Both the position numbers and the translations under genes were made by a program. A DNA stretch of 248,000 nt from Hyalangium minutum (GTDB taxonomy: Bacteria; Myxococcota; Myxococcia; Myxococcales; Myxococcaceae). The stretch spans positions 20,001 to 268,000 of the forward strand of contig NZ_JMCB01000008.1 of the NCBI RefSeq assembly GCF_000737315.1. The letters are read 5' to 3'. Below are positions 209,965 to 219,560 of the stretch, one piece after another. The notes beneath the pieces were generated by a model. That model did not search any database and was not told the DNA's origin. It saw nothing but the letters and a program-made list of their open reading frames with translations. How positions within the stretch are numbered: position 1 is the first letter of the stretch; every line of letters begins with the position of its first letter.

Positions 209965-211407
209965 CTACTGGATCCTGGAAGCCTTTTGTCCATCCAGAGC
210001 TTCACGCAACACGCTGTCCCGGGCCGGTTGAATCGTGACGCCTCCCGGAGTGGGCGTCACGCCGAGGTCTTCTAGCAAACCTTCGAGCCCTGCAAAAGCA
210101 GGCCGATGGAGATCCTCCTCCAGCAGCGCGCGGAAGATCGGCTTGCCAGCCACCGCGTCCACCGCCGCGCCGTAGGCATCTACAGTGGAAGTGGATCCTT
210201 GCGTTGCCAGCAACTCCAACACGTCCTGTAGGCCGCGCGCGTTGTGCGTGGCCCGGCGAATCGCTACGTCGAGGCGCAGGGAGAAGAACGCGCCCACCCA
210301 GTAGATCCCCGGCGGCGCGCTGTCGTCGATCATCTCCTGCAAGGTCTGCCCCGCAGCCTGCGCCCGGCCGCGCCTGAAGCCGCGGATCATTTCTGCCCAA
210401 ACGGCCTCGGCGCTCATGCGCCCAGAGCGCGCCTGCACCAGCTCCGTGAAGTAGGTGGCGAGCCCTTCGGAGATCCACGCCGCGCGCGGGACAAAGGTCG
210501 GATGGGTCAGGTGCAGCAGCTCGTGGAGGGCCGTCCAGTCCCGGTGGAGCGCATCGAGCCGGGCGTCCTGGCCCACCAGGAGGGCAACGCTCGGCGGCGA
210601 GCTCCACATCACCATGCCGAAGACGTTGGCGTCCTCGCGGCCCGGCACCGGGTAGATGCTCACGGAGATGCGCGGGAAGGGAAAGCGGCTGCGGACATAG
210701 CGCACCTCCTCGGCCCGCTGCCGCAGCCAGTCGCAGAGCTGCGCATCCTCCACGTGCGTCATGGTCCCGAGGATGGCGATGTCCAGCACGGCCCCCTGCA
210801 GCTGGGCCTGGCAGCGCCGCCCGCCGAAGGCCTGGAAGCCCGAGTCCACCAGGTCCTCCGCGCTCACGTGGTATTGCCCATCCGGCCCGGGCTGCCACGG
210901 CAGGAGCGCGTCCGCCCCCTTCACCGAGAGCTCCACGCGGACGCCCGGCTCCGCCACCCGCGGGCGGATCAGCCACGAGCGCCCCGCAAGGAGCAGCGCG
211001 TCCTCTCCGGTCTTCAGTCCCCCGGAGAAGTTCCACCAGCGCCCGCGCCGCCGTGTCTCCAGGGCGTAGCGATAGCGCAGCACGCGCGTGTCCTCTGGAA
211101 CAGAGATGCCCCGGTCCTCCACCTGCAGCACGCGCGCCTCGCCCGTGCGGCTGTAGGCCTGCACGGTGCGCACCCCGCCCTCCTGCGTGAAGAGGAACTC
211201 GCGGGGCGCATCGCTGCCGCGCACCACCTCCACCTCGAGGGACGGCTCCGGCTCACGCACGTAGGTGATCGTGTAGCGCAGGGCCGGTGAGGGCTCCTGC
211301 GCGGGTGGAGGCGGACGTGGCGGGCGGACGGTCTCCGCCCGGCACGAGGCCAGCACCATGGCGAGGGCCAGCAAGCCCAGCCTCTGCGCGTGGGAGCTGG
211401 GCCGCAT
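209965..211407 (-). CDS. Gluzincin (M61/M1-like) metallopeptidase lipoprotein
   Basis: LASC; HELLH...EGLATY. Confidence 0.7.
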   Translation of the reverse strand: MRPSSHAQRLGLLALAMVLASCRAETVRPPRPPPPAQEPSPALRYTITYVREPEPSLEVEVVRGSDAPREFLFTQEGGVRTVQAYSRTGEARVLQVEDRGISVPEDTRVLRYRYALETRRRGRWWNFSGGLKTGEDALLLAGRSWLIRPRVAEPGVRVELSVKGADALLPWQPGPDGQYHVSAEDLVDSGFQAFGGRRCQAQLQGAVLDIAILGTMTHVEDAQLCDWLRQRAEEVRYVRSRFPFPRISVSIYPVPGREDANVFGMVMWSSPPSVALLVGQDARLDALHRDWTALHELLHLTHPTFVPRAAWISEGLATYFTELVQARSGRMSAEAVWAEMIRGFRRGRAQAAGQTLQEMIDDSAPPGIYWVGAFFSLRLDVAIRRATHNARGLQDVLELLATQGSTSTVDAYGAAVDAVAGKPIFRALLEEDLHRPAFAGLEGLLEDLGVTPTPGGVTIQPARDSVLREALDGQKASRIQ

Positions 211408-212666
211408 CAGAACAGGTGGAGCACCAACCCGCTGCGCAGCTTGGGCTCGAACCACGTGGACTTGGGCGGCATGATCTCGCCCGCGTCCGCGATGGCCATG
211501 AGCTGATCCAGGCTGGTCGGGAACATCGAGAAGGCCACCTTCCACGCCCCGCCATTCACCAGGCGCTCGAGTTCCTCCATGCCGCGGATGCCGCCCACGA
211601 AGTGGATGCGCGAGTCCTTGCGCGGATCCCCAATGCCCAGCAGCGGCTCCAGCACGTTGCGCTGGAGAATCGTCACGTCCAGCACGCCCGTGGGCGTCGT
211701 CTCGAACGTGCCCGGCTTCGCGGTGAGCTGGTACCACTGGCCGCCCAGGTACATGCCAAACTGGTGCCCCCGGTCCGGCTTCTTCTGCGTGCCCGGCTTC
211801 ACCTCGAAGCGCTCGCCCAGCTTCTGCAGCAGCTGCTCCGGCGACAGGCCGCGCAGGTCCTTCACCACGCGGTTGTAGTCGAGGATCTGCATCTGATCGT
211901 GCGGGAACACCACGGCGAGGAACCGATCGTGTCCCCCACCTTCCCCGCGCTGCTGGCGCAGGGCATGGACGCGCGAGGCGGCCGCGGAGCGGTGGTGCCC
212001 GTCCGCAATGTAGAGCGCCGGCACCGCGCGGAAGGCCTCCTGCAGCTTTTCATTCAGCTCGCCGCGCACCACCCAGAAGGTGTGCCCGATTCCGTCCTCG
212101 GTCGTAAAGTCGTACTCGGGGGCGCCGCGCGTGCCCTCCTCCACCAGCGCGGCAACGGCCGCCGTGGCCCGGTACGTGAGGAACACCGGTTCGTCATTGC
212201 CGCCCAGCTCGTCCACGTGCCGCGTGCGGTCGTCCTCCTTGTCCGCGCGCGTCAGCTCGTGCTTCTTGATGAGCTGGGCGTCGTACTCCCGCACGCTCGC
212301 GGCGGCCACCACCCCCGTCTGCACATGCGAGCCCATGCGCTGGCGGTACAGGTAGAAGCACGGCTCCGCCTCCTGCACGAGCCGCCCCGTCTTCTGGAAC
212401 TCCACGAGGTTCTCACAGCCCTTCGCGTACACCTCGTCCGCGTGCTCGTCCGTGCCGGGCGGCAAGTCGATCTCCGGGCGGGAGATGCGGAAGAAGCTGT
212501 CCGGGTTGCCCTTCGCGTAGGCGCGCGCCTCCTCGGCGTTCACCACGTCATACGGAGGTGCCACGAGCTTCTGTGCCAGTTCCTTCGGAGGGCGGAGGCC
212601 ACGGAAGGGACGGAGTTCAGCCAAGGAGTCACTCCAGGTCAGGGTCTGGGGCCGAGGCTGGCCCAA
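211407..212666 (-). CDS. DUF1015 family protein
   Basis: PPYDV, IADGHHR, PPKSTWFEPK. Confidence 0.88.
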   Translation of the reverse strand: MGQPRPQTLTWSDSLAELRPFRGLRPPKELAQKLVAPPYDVVNAEEARAYAKGNPDSFFRISRPEIDLPPGTDEHADEVYAKGCENLVEFQKTGRLVQEAEPCFYLYRQRMGSHVQTGVVAAASVREYDAQLIKKHELTRADKEDDRTRHVDELGGNDEPVFLTYRATAAVAALVEEGTRGAPEYDFTTEDGIGHTFWVVRGELNEKLQEAFRAVPALYIADGHHRSAAASRVHALRQQRGEGGGHDRFLAVVFPHDQMQILDYNRVVKDLRGLSPEQLLQKLGERFEVKPGTQKKPDRGHQFGMYLGGQWYQLTAKPGTFETTPTGVLDVTILQRNVLEPLLGIGDPRKDSRIHFVGGIRGMEELERLVNGGAWKVAFSMFPTSLDQLMAIADAGEIMPPKSTWFEPKLRSGLVLHLF

Positions 212667-212964
212667 AGCCCCCGGCGATGCGAGCGCCTTCTCCTTTTTC
212701 CATGGCGCACTGTGTCAGTAAAACGTTGACAACCGGGGCGCAGAGCGCGGGGGGAACCCTGCCTTCCTCATCGGTAAACCACTGGAAACACTCTTCATTT
212801 CCCGGAAGTGAACGTTCCGGGACTGCCCCGGGGGGTGCCGTCCGTTGCCCCTCCGACAAGGCCGCGCCCCCCGCAAAACGTTGATTGCAAATCGGTAAAT
212901 CGGTTTGCAGAGTGCCCCGGAGCATGGCGAGCGCGGGCCAGAGCGCGCACCCATGTAGGACAAA

Positions 212965-214563
212965 TTGATGAACGAGAATGCACTGAACGCGAACGTTGGC
213001 CTGAAGCTCAGAGGCCTGCGGCTCGCGCGCAATATCAAGCAGACGGACGCGGCGAAGGAGCTGGGGGTGTCCCCGGCGTACCTGAACCTCATCGAGAAGG
213101 GCAAGCGGGTGATGCCCTTCCCGCTGCTGTGGAAGGCGCTGCGCTACTTCGATCAGGATCCTGAGCAGTTCATGTCCTCGCTGGGCGAGGGCCGGGTGGA
213201 CGAGGCGCTGGCGAAGCTGCTGGACGAGCCGCTGCTGAAGAGCCTGGATATCGACTCGGAGTCGCTCCAGAGCCTGTCGGCGGAGCCGAAGCTGGCGGGC
213301 ACGGTGGCCGCCCTGTTCAACCTGTACAAGAACACGCGCACGCAGTTGGAGAACGTGCTGGCGCAGCTGTCCTCCGAGGAGCGGGCGCGCGCGCAGCGCA
213401 ACGACGGGCCGGGCCTGCGCTACGACTACTCGCCCTACGACGAGGTGAGCGACTTCCTGGAGCAGCACCGCAACTACTTCCCGGAGCTGGAAGAGCAGGC
213501 GGAGGCACTGCGGCGGGACTTCAAGCTGGAGCGGCTGTTGACCAGCTCCCAGCTCATCCGCCTGCTCGAGGAGCGGTTTGGCTTCCGGGTGAACTTCGAG
213601 CGCGCCCCCAGCGGCTCGTCCGTGGTGCGGCGGCTGGACTTGGAAGAGCAGACCCTGACGCTGTCTCCGGACCTGACGGAGCAGCCACTGAAGTTCCAGG
213701 TGGCCACCTCCATCGGGCTGCTGATGATGGACCGGGCGAAGCTGGTGGAGCGAATCGTGGGGGGCAACCGCACGCGGCACGCGGAGACGGTGCGCCTCAT
213801 CAAGGTGAACCTGTCCAACTACTTCGCCGGCGCGCTGATGCTGCCCTACGGGGACTTCTTCCGAGAAGTGGAGCGCTCGCGCTACGACGTGGAGCTGCTC
213901 TCGAGCATCTTCGGCACCACGTACGAGACGGTGGCCCACCGGCTGTGCAACCTGTCCGACCCCAAGCGGCCGGGGCTTCCCTTCCACTTCCTGCGGGCGG
214001 ACATCGCCGGCAACATCTCCAAGCGCTACAGCGGCACGGGGCTGAAGTTCGCCAGCGGCGGCGGCTCGTGCGGCAAGTGGGCGGTGCACCTGGCGTTCCT
214101 CAACCCGGGCCAGCTCACGCGGCAGTACTCGATGATGCCGGACGGGGCGGCGTACTTCTGCTTCGCCAAGGTGCAGCTGCAGCCCATCGAGGGCTCCATC
214201 GTGAAGGGCACGGCGTACTCCATCGGCCTGGGTACCCACGCGGAGAACGCGAAGTACCTGGCCTATGGGCTGCCCACCACGGATCTGCGCAAGGACGCGG
214301 TGGCCACGGGGATTACGTGCCGGTTCTGCGAGCGCACGGACTGCAACCAGCGCGCGGCGCCCAGCTACCGGTTCGCCTTCGCGTTCGACGAGTACACGAA
214401 GAAGGACTGCTTCTTCTCCCCGCTGCTGGTGCACGAGCAGGGCGACAACTGGACCTCCCAGGGCGAGCGCACGGAGAACGGGGAAAGGAATGGGGCCCAT
214501 AAGGACGGCCGTCAGGAACTGCTGGACAAGCAGGCGCGGCGCCGTAACAAAGGCGAGCCATGA
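212965..214563 (+). CDS. RamB/PrpR/ScfR-family regulator (XRE HTH + IrrE-like + DUF2083)
   Basis: SPAYLNLIE, ANYFAG-like motif, D.AGNISKR, C..CER..C.QRA. Confidence 0.85.
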   Translation: MMNENALNANVGLKLRGLRLARNIKQTDAAKELGVSPAYLNLIEKGKRVMPFPLLWKALRYFDQDPEQFMSSLGEGRVDEALAKLLDEPLLKSLDIDSESLQSLSAEPKLAGTVAALFNLYKNTRTQLENVLAQLSSEERARAQRNDGPGLRYDYSPYDEVSDFLEQHRNYFPELEEQAEALRRDFKLERLLTSSQLIRLLEERFGFRVNFERAPSGSSVVRRLDLEEQTLTLSPDLTEQPLKFQVATSIGLLMMDRAKLVERIVGGNRTRHAETVRLIKVNLSNYFAGALMLPYGDFFREVERSRYDVELLSSIFGTTYETVAHRLCNLSDPKRPGLPFHFLRADIAGNISKRYSGTGLKFASGGGSCGKWAVHLAFLNPGQLTRQYSMMPDGAAYFCFAKVQLQPIEGSIVKGTAYSIGLGTHAENAKYLAYGLPTTDLRKDAVATGITCRFCERTDCNQRAAPSYRFAFAFDEYTKKDCFFSPLLVHEQGDNWTSQGERTENGERNGAHKDGRQELLDKQARRRNKGEP

Positions 214564-215429
214564 GTCTGACGGACACCGAACGCGCCCACATCCAAGAGAC
214601 CCTCCAGAAGCAACGGGATGCGCTGGCGACGCTGCGCTTCACCGGCAGCCCTGAGCAGGTGGGCCAGGGGTTGCTTCAGCTCGCCGAGCTGCACGGCCTG
214701 CTGGAGGACCACGCCGCGAGCCGCAAGCACTATGAGGAGGCGCTGAGCCTCTTCAAGACGGCGCGGCACAAGACGGGGCAGGCCCAGGCGCTGTACGGGC
214801 TGGGCGTGGCGCGGGCTCAGTTCGAGGACCACAAGGGCTCCATCGAGTGGATCGCCCAGGCCGCGGCCCTCTACAACGAGGTGAAGGACAAGGAGGGCGA
214901 GGCCCTCTGCCGCGCGTGCATTGGTGAGTCCCTGCGCGCGCTGGGCCACACGGACGGCGCCGAGGAGAAGTACCAAGAGGCGCTGATCCTCTTCCGGCAG
215001 ACGCGCAACACGGACCGGGTGGCGGCGCTGCTGATGGACATCGGCGACATCCGCATGGAGGCCGGGGACTACAAGCGCGCCCGGGAGCGCTTCCTGGAGG
215101 CGCTGACGATTCTGGAGAAGGGCGAGGAGCCGGAGCCGCTCGCGCTGTGCCAGCTGCTGCTGGGCGAGGCGGAGGGGCTGATGGGTAACCACGAGGCGGC
215201 GCGGCCCCACCTGCTGGAGGCCGTGGAGCTGTACGCGCAGCTGCATGACCACGTCTTCGAGGCCCGGGCCCGGTGGGACCTGGGGCTGGCCTGCTACCAC
215301 TCCAAGGACTTTCCTGCGGCGCGAGTCCAGCTCGAGGCGGTGCTGCCCCTCTACGAGGAGCAGGGCCGCACGGAGGAGGCCGCCAAGGTGCGCAACGTGC
215401 TGGCGCACTTCACCGCGAGCGGCGTGTAG
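214560..215429 (+). CDS. TPR protein
   Basis: TPR repeats. Confidence 0.75.
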   Translation: MSLTDTERAHIQETLQKQRDALATLRFTGSPEQVGQGLLQLAELHGLLEDHAASRKHYEEALSLFKTARHKTGQAQALYGLGVARAQFEDHKGSIEWIAQAAALYNEVKDKEGEALCRACIGESLRALGHTDGAEEKYQEALILFRQTRNTDRVAALLMDIGDIRMEAGDYKRARERFLEALTILEKGEEPEPLALCQLLLGEAEGLMGNHEAARPHLLEAVELYAQLHDHVFEARARWDLGLACYHSKDFPAARVQLEAVLPLYEEQGRTEEAAKVRNVLAHFTASGV

Positions 215430-215430
215430 C

Positions 215431-215856
215431 TCAGGCGCTGATGCCGGCGCCCACCGCGAGGGCGAGCAGTCCGAGCACGCCTGCGGCACAGAGCGTGTAA
215501 CGCCACTCGCCGCGCAACCCGAGCATGGTGCCGGCCATCACCAGCCGCGCCACCGGCGTCACCAGGAGCAGCGAGGCGGCGCCCTTGCGCAGGGTGTCGA
215601 TGGCCACTTGCACTGTCTCGGATTGGGGCAGCGCCTCCAGTGCCAGCGAGCCGAGGAACATCGTCCCGCTGATGATGGCCCCGCCTCGCAGGATGCGGGC
215701 AATCCAACGCTCCCCCGCCGCCGAACGCCCGATGCGCTCGCGGGCTCGTGCGGGCGCTGCTGCTGGAACTTCCGTCTCTGCCACCACCGCGTTCGCCTTG
215801 GCCACCGCCCCAACGGGCGGAGGCGTCGGTGCCGCGGCCTCGCTCACTTCCATATG
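215431..215856 (-). CDS. DUF1634-like membrane protein
   Basis: LLLVTPVAR; follows TSUP. Confidence 0.6.
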   Translation of the reverse strand, partial: HMEVSEAAAPTPPPVGAVAKANAVVAETEVPAAAPARARERIGRSAAGERWIARILRGGAIISGTMFLGSLALEALPQSETVQVAIDTLRKGAASLLLVTPVARLVMAGTMLGLRGEWRYTLCAAGVLGLLALAVGAGISA

Positions 215857-216626
215857 CTCGGCCACAGTCCCTCTCCTCCCTTCCAGAACATCTGCCCCGC
215901 CACCACCAGCAAGACGACTGCGAACAGCTTCTTGAGCACCGCCGTGGGCACGCGCGGCATGAGCCGGCTGCCCACGTACGCCCCGGCGAGCACGCCCACC
216001 ACCAGCGGAGCGACGAGCGGCAGCTTCATGTGCCCGCGCCAAGCGTAGGACGCCACGCTGGCGGCGCCCGTCACGCCGATCATCAGGTTACTGGTGGCAC
216101 TGGCCACCTTGAAGGGCACCCGCATCCCGTAGCTCATCAGTGGCACTTTGAGCGGGCCGCCGCCCACGCCCAGCAGCGCGGACAGCCCTCCGGCCACGAA
216201 CGAGCCGGAGATGCCCAGCGGGTAGTTGGTCGGCGTGTAGACGGTAGTGGCCGCGGGCTCTTCGTTCCGCGTGCGCACCAGGAGGATCTGCAGCGCGACA
216301 TAGAGGGTGAAGAGGCCGAACACCACCGCCACCATGGCCGGAGCGAGGTAGGCGGCGACCAACCCACCGGTGATGGCACCCACCACGGTGGCGAGCTCCA
216401 GCGTGAGCCCCAGTCGGATGTCACTCAGGCGATTGTCCACATAGCTGGCGGCGGCCGCACACGAGCTGGCCACCACACACATCAGGCTCGCGGGTACGGC
216501 TTCTTCGAGCGGGAGGTGGAAACCGAACACGAGCAGAGGCACGAGCACCACCCCACCGCCGATGCCAAGCATGGCGCCTGTCAGGCCGCCGAAAGCGCCC
216601 GCTGCGATGAGGAGGAAGAGTGTCAT
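215844..216626 (-). CDS. TSUP (TauE/SafE) transporter
   Basis: GIGGG, GVGGG, ATSN. Confidence 0.88.
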   Translation of the reverse strand: MTLFLLIAAGAFGGLTGAMLGIGGGVVLVPLLVFGFHLPLEEAVPASLMCVVASSCAAAASYVDNRLSDIRLGLTLELATVVGAITGGLVAAYLAPAMVAVVFGLFTLYVALQILLVRTRNEEPAATTVYTPTNYPLGISGSFVAGGLSALLGVGGGPLKVPLMSYGMRVPFKVASATSNLMIGVTGAASVASYAWRGHMKLPLVAPLVVGVLAGAYVGSRLMPRVPTAVLKKLFAVVLLVVAGQMFWKGGEGLWPSIWK

Positions 216627-216776
216627 CGCGTGAGAGGATAGGAGTGGGCTCCCGGATCGGATAGACGCATTCCCGTGCAGCTCCGGAGCTCGCCTGGTCG
216701 GCTGCTGTGCTCGGACTCACGCTACGGCTTGAGGGCTGGGCGAACGTTAAGCACCGTGCCTCGCAAGCGCTGAGGC

Positions 216777-217697
216777 TCACTCCAGGAAGCGGCGCTCCCA
216801 CCGGTACAGCACTTCGTCCGGGAACTTCCACTCCGGAACGCGAGGCGACTGATAGAGCCAGGGTTCCAAGACCTGGGCCAGCTCGCGGTACGCAGGCAGG
216901 GTGTTCCCCTGCTCCAGATCTCCCGCTTCAGGCCACTCTCCGAGTGTCACGACGGCACGGCCTGCTCCCATGTTCTCCACGGTCGTCCCTCCGGAGTGCA
217001 GGCGTGCAGCCAAGCCCTCTGCCCCCCCCAGTTGTCCCAGGACGGGCTCTCCGAGAAACGTCAACCAGGACACGCCTTTGATGCGTGCACCGAGCCGGCC
217101 GGGCAGCCGCTCCATGGCCGGCATGTCCAAACCGGGGTGACGGAAGCACTGCGGCCAGAGCAACTTGCGGACCTCGTACAGGTCCTCGGAAAAATACACG
217201 GAGAGGCCTGCGTGACCGGAGTTGAAGGGCAGTTCCGCGCCCAACTCCAGAGCCAGTTTGCGGACCTGAGCCGGTCCATGCTTCTCCAGGTACTCAGTGG
217301 GCAGCCAGAACGCCACGGCGCAGGTGCGCTCCAGGTCCTGGAACTCGAAAGCTTCTTTCAAATCCCGCCCTGAGTAGCGAAACTCATAATCCGATGAGAG
217401 TCGATCCGTCTCGCGCAGCCGGATCTCGGCGCCCCGGGGATGCCCCATCTTCTGGCGTAGCATTTCCCACTGGGATTGATCGAGTTCCTGCCAATCGCCC
217501 TCTCCATCCGGCGTCCAAGCAAGTGTGCCGAGACCGATTGCCTCGCGATAACGTTCTAGGCCTCTCATCACCCCAGGAATGACTTCCTGGTGAGAGCGCT
217601 GCATATAAAAGCAGATGCTCAGGCTCGTCCGGGTGCACGGAAATCGCTCCTCCCCATCCTCCCCGTCATAGCGAATTTGTGGATAACGCTCGCTCAT
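216777..217697 (-). CDS. DUF3396 / TsiV-like immunity protein
   Basis: SGHAGL, R.PGLD, KGVSWLT.LG. Confidence 0.75.
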   Translation of the reverse strand: MSERYPQIRYDGEDGEERFPCTRTSLSICFYMQRSHQEVIPGVMRGLERYREAIGLGTLAWTPDGEGDWQELDQSQWEMLRQKMGHPRGAEIRLRETDRLSSDYEFRYSGRDLKEAFEFQDLERTCAVAFWLPTEYLEKHGPAQVRKLALELGAELPFNSGHAGLSVYFSEDLYEVRKLLWPQCFRHPGLDMPAMERLPGRLGARIKGVSWLTFLGEPVLGQLGGAEGLAARLHSGGTTVENMGAGRAVVTLGEWPEAGDLEQGNTLPAYRELAQVLEPWLYQSPRVPEWKFPDEVLYRWERRFLE

Positions 217698-218536
217698 CGG
217701 GTCACTCCGAATGCGGGACGTACAGACATGACCTCGGCTTTGAAGGCCTCTTCGTACACAGTCTGCTGGTTCAGCGGATGGAATGGATGATTCGGATGGT
217801 ATTCATGCCATGAGGCCTCTTTGTCCTTCGGGCAGGGAAATTTGAAGTCAAACACCGCCTGGATGTTGAGCAGGTCGCCTGCGGCATGGACCACGACATC
217901 CGGGATCAGGGTCCCCAACAATTTGTGGAACAATCCCTCACGGAGCCACGCATCCACCTGATTGGGATTGAGCGGCTCCACAGTCCGCGTCTTCCGATCG
218001 TACCGGTAAGGTTGCTGCATGGTGACGTATTCCCAAAGTTCCTCGGGTAACTCCCTCTGGACACACTCCATCGCGGCTCGGTGCTTCTCCTGTCCCAAGT
218101 GCATGGCCCAGGTCACCTTGCGCCCGCCGTTTTCTGTCTTGAAGGTCTCCCGACAAAGTTGGCGAGAGGGGCGTTGTCCCTGTCCGAGCAGACGATCGTC
218201 GACGTCTCGGCTGGCCTGATTGGCTCAGTCGCTCAGCACCTGCACCACCCTCGCGAGGTCCGCAGCCTCCAGTAGCTTCATCAGCGCCGATGCGGCGCGC
218301 GCGGCCTCTATCGAACGGGCCACCCATGGCAGTATGGGTGTTTCGCCGCTGGGAGGCGCATAGCAGGCCGGCGTACGCATGCAGGCGCTGCTCGCTGAAT
218401 CCATCGACTGCGCGTACTGCCTGGGCGTGAACGAACCACCGCCCCTCGGCGCGGCGCACGAGCCGAGGACCCCACTGGCTCCCACCAGCAGAAAGAATCG
218501 CAATACGTCTGACAGGAAGGACATGACCACCCTCAA
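217694..218536 (-). pseudogene. Lipoprotein nuclease-like toxin interrupted by one in-frame TGA (218225-218227)
   Basis: Two track ORFs in the same frame; LGSC lipobox; PDVV...FDFKFPC. Confidence 0.7.
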
Positions 218537-218542
218537 TGGGCG

Positions 218543-219436
218543 TCAGGCGGCGTAGGCGCCGATCGTGCCCTCGGGGAACTCTTCCAGAAAACGTGCGCGC
218601 GTACGCGGCGTGAAGGTCCCCCGGGCCATGTAGAGCAGCAGGTGCCGCAGCACCCCGCGTGTCTGCTCCAGTGCGGCTTCCACCTCGGCCGCGAAATCGA
218701 AGCTGTCGTGGCGGTACAGCTCGTGGAAGCTCAGCTGCGAGTACGCCGGCAACGAGCGCATCCGTCCCACCGGGCTCGAGAGCACCATCCCCATCATGTA
218801 GAGCCCCCTCACCCACCCGTCCACCTGCGCCTTCGTCGGCGCATGCCCCACCCGCTCCTGCGAGGCCAGCCGCACCAGCTCGTAGATGCCCCGGCCAATC
218901 CCCCTGTACGGAAAGCCCCGGCTCTTCGTCACCTGGAAGCGCGTCCGCAGCCCCGCGTTGCCCAGCATCTCCATGCCGTGCAGCTCGCGCAGGTAGAAGA
219001 GCGTCTGCGCCCATTCGATCTTCCGGTGCGCGTCCAGCTCCGTGTCCTCTTTGCGGCGGTGGCGCGCCACCAGCAGATCCACCCCCGGGTGCAGCCGCCG
219101 ATCCAAGCACAGGTGCGTGAAGTACCCCGCCAGCAACGCCAGCCCCGGCTCGGTGCCCACCAGCGCCCCGGTGGCCACCAGCTCCCCCATCTTCAGCCCC
219201 AGCCCCACTGGCGCCCGCTCGTGGTACAGGCGAGCAAACGCGGGCACCTCCCGCTCGGGCAGCAGGGCCGTCAGCCCTCCGCGCAGCCCCTCACACAGCG
219301 GGAGATCCGGCAGCGCGGCCCCAAAGCGCGCGTACGGCAAGTCCTCGGCCAGTGCGCGTGCAATGTCCTCGGGAAGGCTCCCTGGGTGGGCGGCGAGCTG
219401 CTCGATGGCGGTCAGGTGAAGGAGCAGCGAGGGCAT
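218543..219436 (-). CDS. Zn-dependent phospholipase C family protein
   Basis: H near N-terminus, GAALPD, GYFTH..D. Confidence 0.7.
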   Translation of the reverse strand: MPSLLLHLTAIEQLAAHPGSLPEDIARALAEDLPYARFGAALPDLPLCEGLRGGLTALLPEREVPAFARLYHERAPVGLGLKMGELVATGALVGTEPGLALLAGYFTHLCLDRRLHPGVDLLVARHRRKEDTELDAHRKIEWAQTLFYLRELHGMEMLGNAGLRTRFQVTKSRGFPYRGIGRGIYELVRLASQERVGHAPTKAQVDGWVRGLYMMGMVLSSPVGRMRSLPAYSQLSFHELYRHDSFDFAAEVEAALEQTRGVLRHLLLYMARGTFTPRTRARFLEEFPEGTIGAYAA

Positions 219437-219560
219437 GCATCACCAGAGCTACCCAGCGCGCCGTGTCAATGCAACGCCCATGTGAAGCCGAAGCTTTGCG
219501 CGTAACAGGCACGGCGATACAGTCCGCGCCGCTTTCCACCCCCAGGAGTACATCCCCACC

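Noticed and set aside
212965-214563. Phage repressor or ImmA-type toxin-antitoxin
   Set aside because: The C-terminal Cys cluster and overall layout match the RamB/PrpR metabolic regulator family; no phage genes nearby
218225-218227. Selenocysteine recoding of the in-frame TGA
   Set aside because: No convincing SECIS hairpin directly downstream and no redox-enzyme context; a nonsense mutation is simpler
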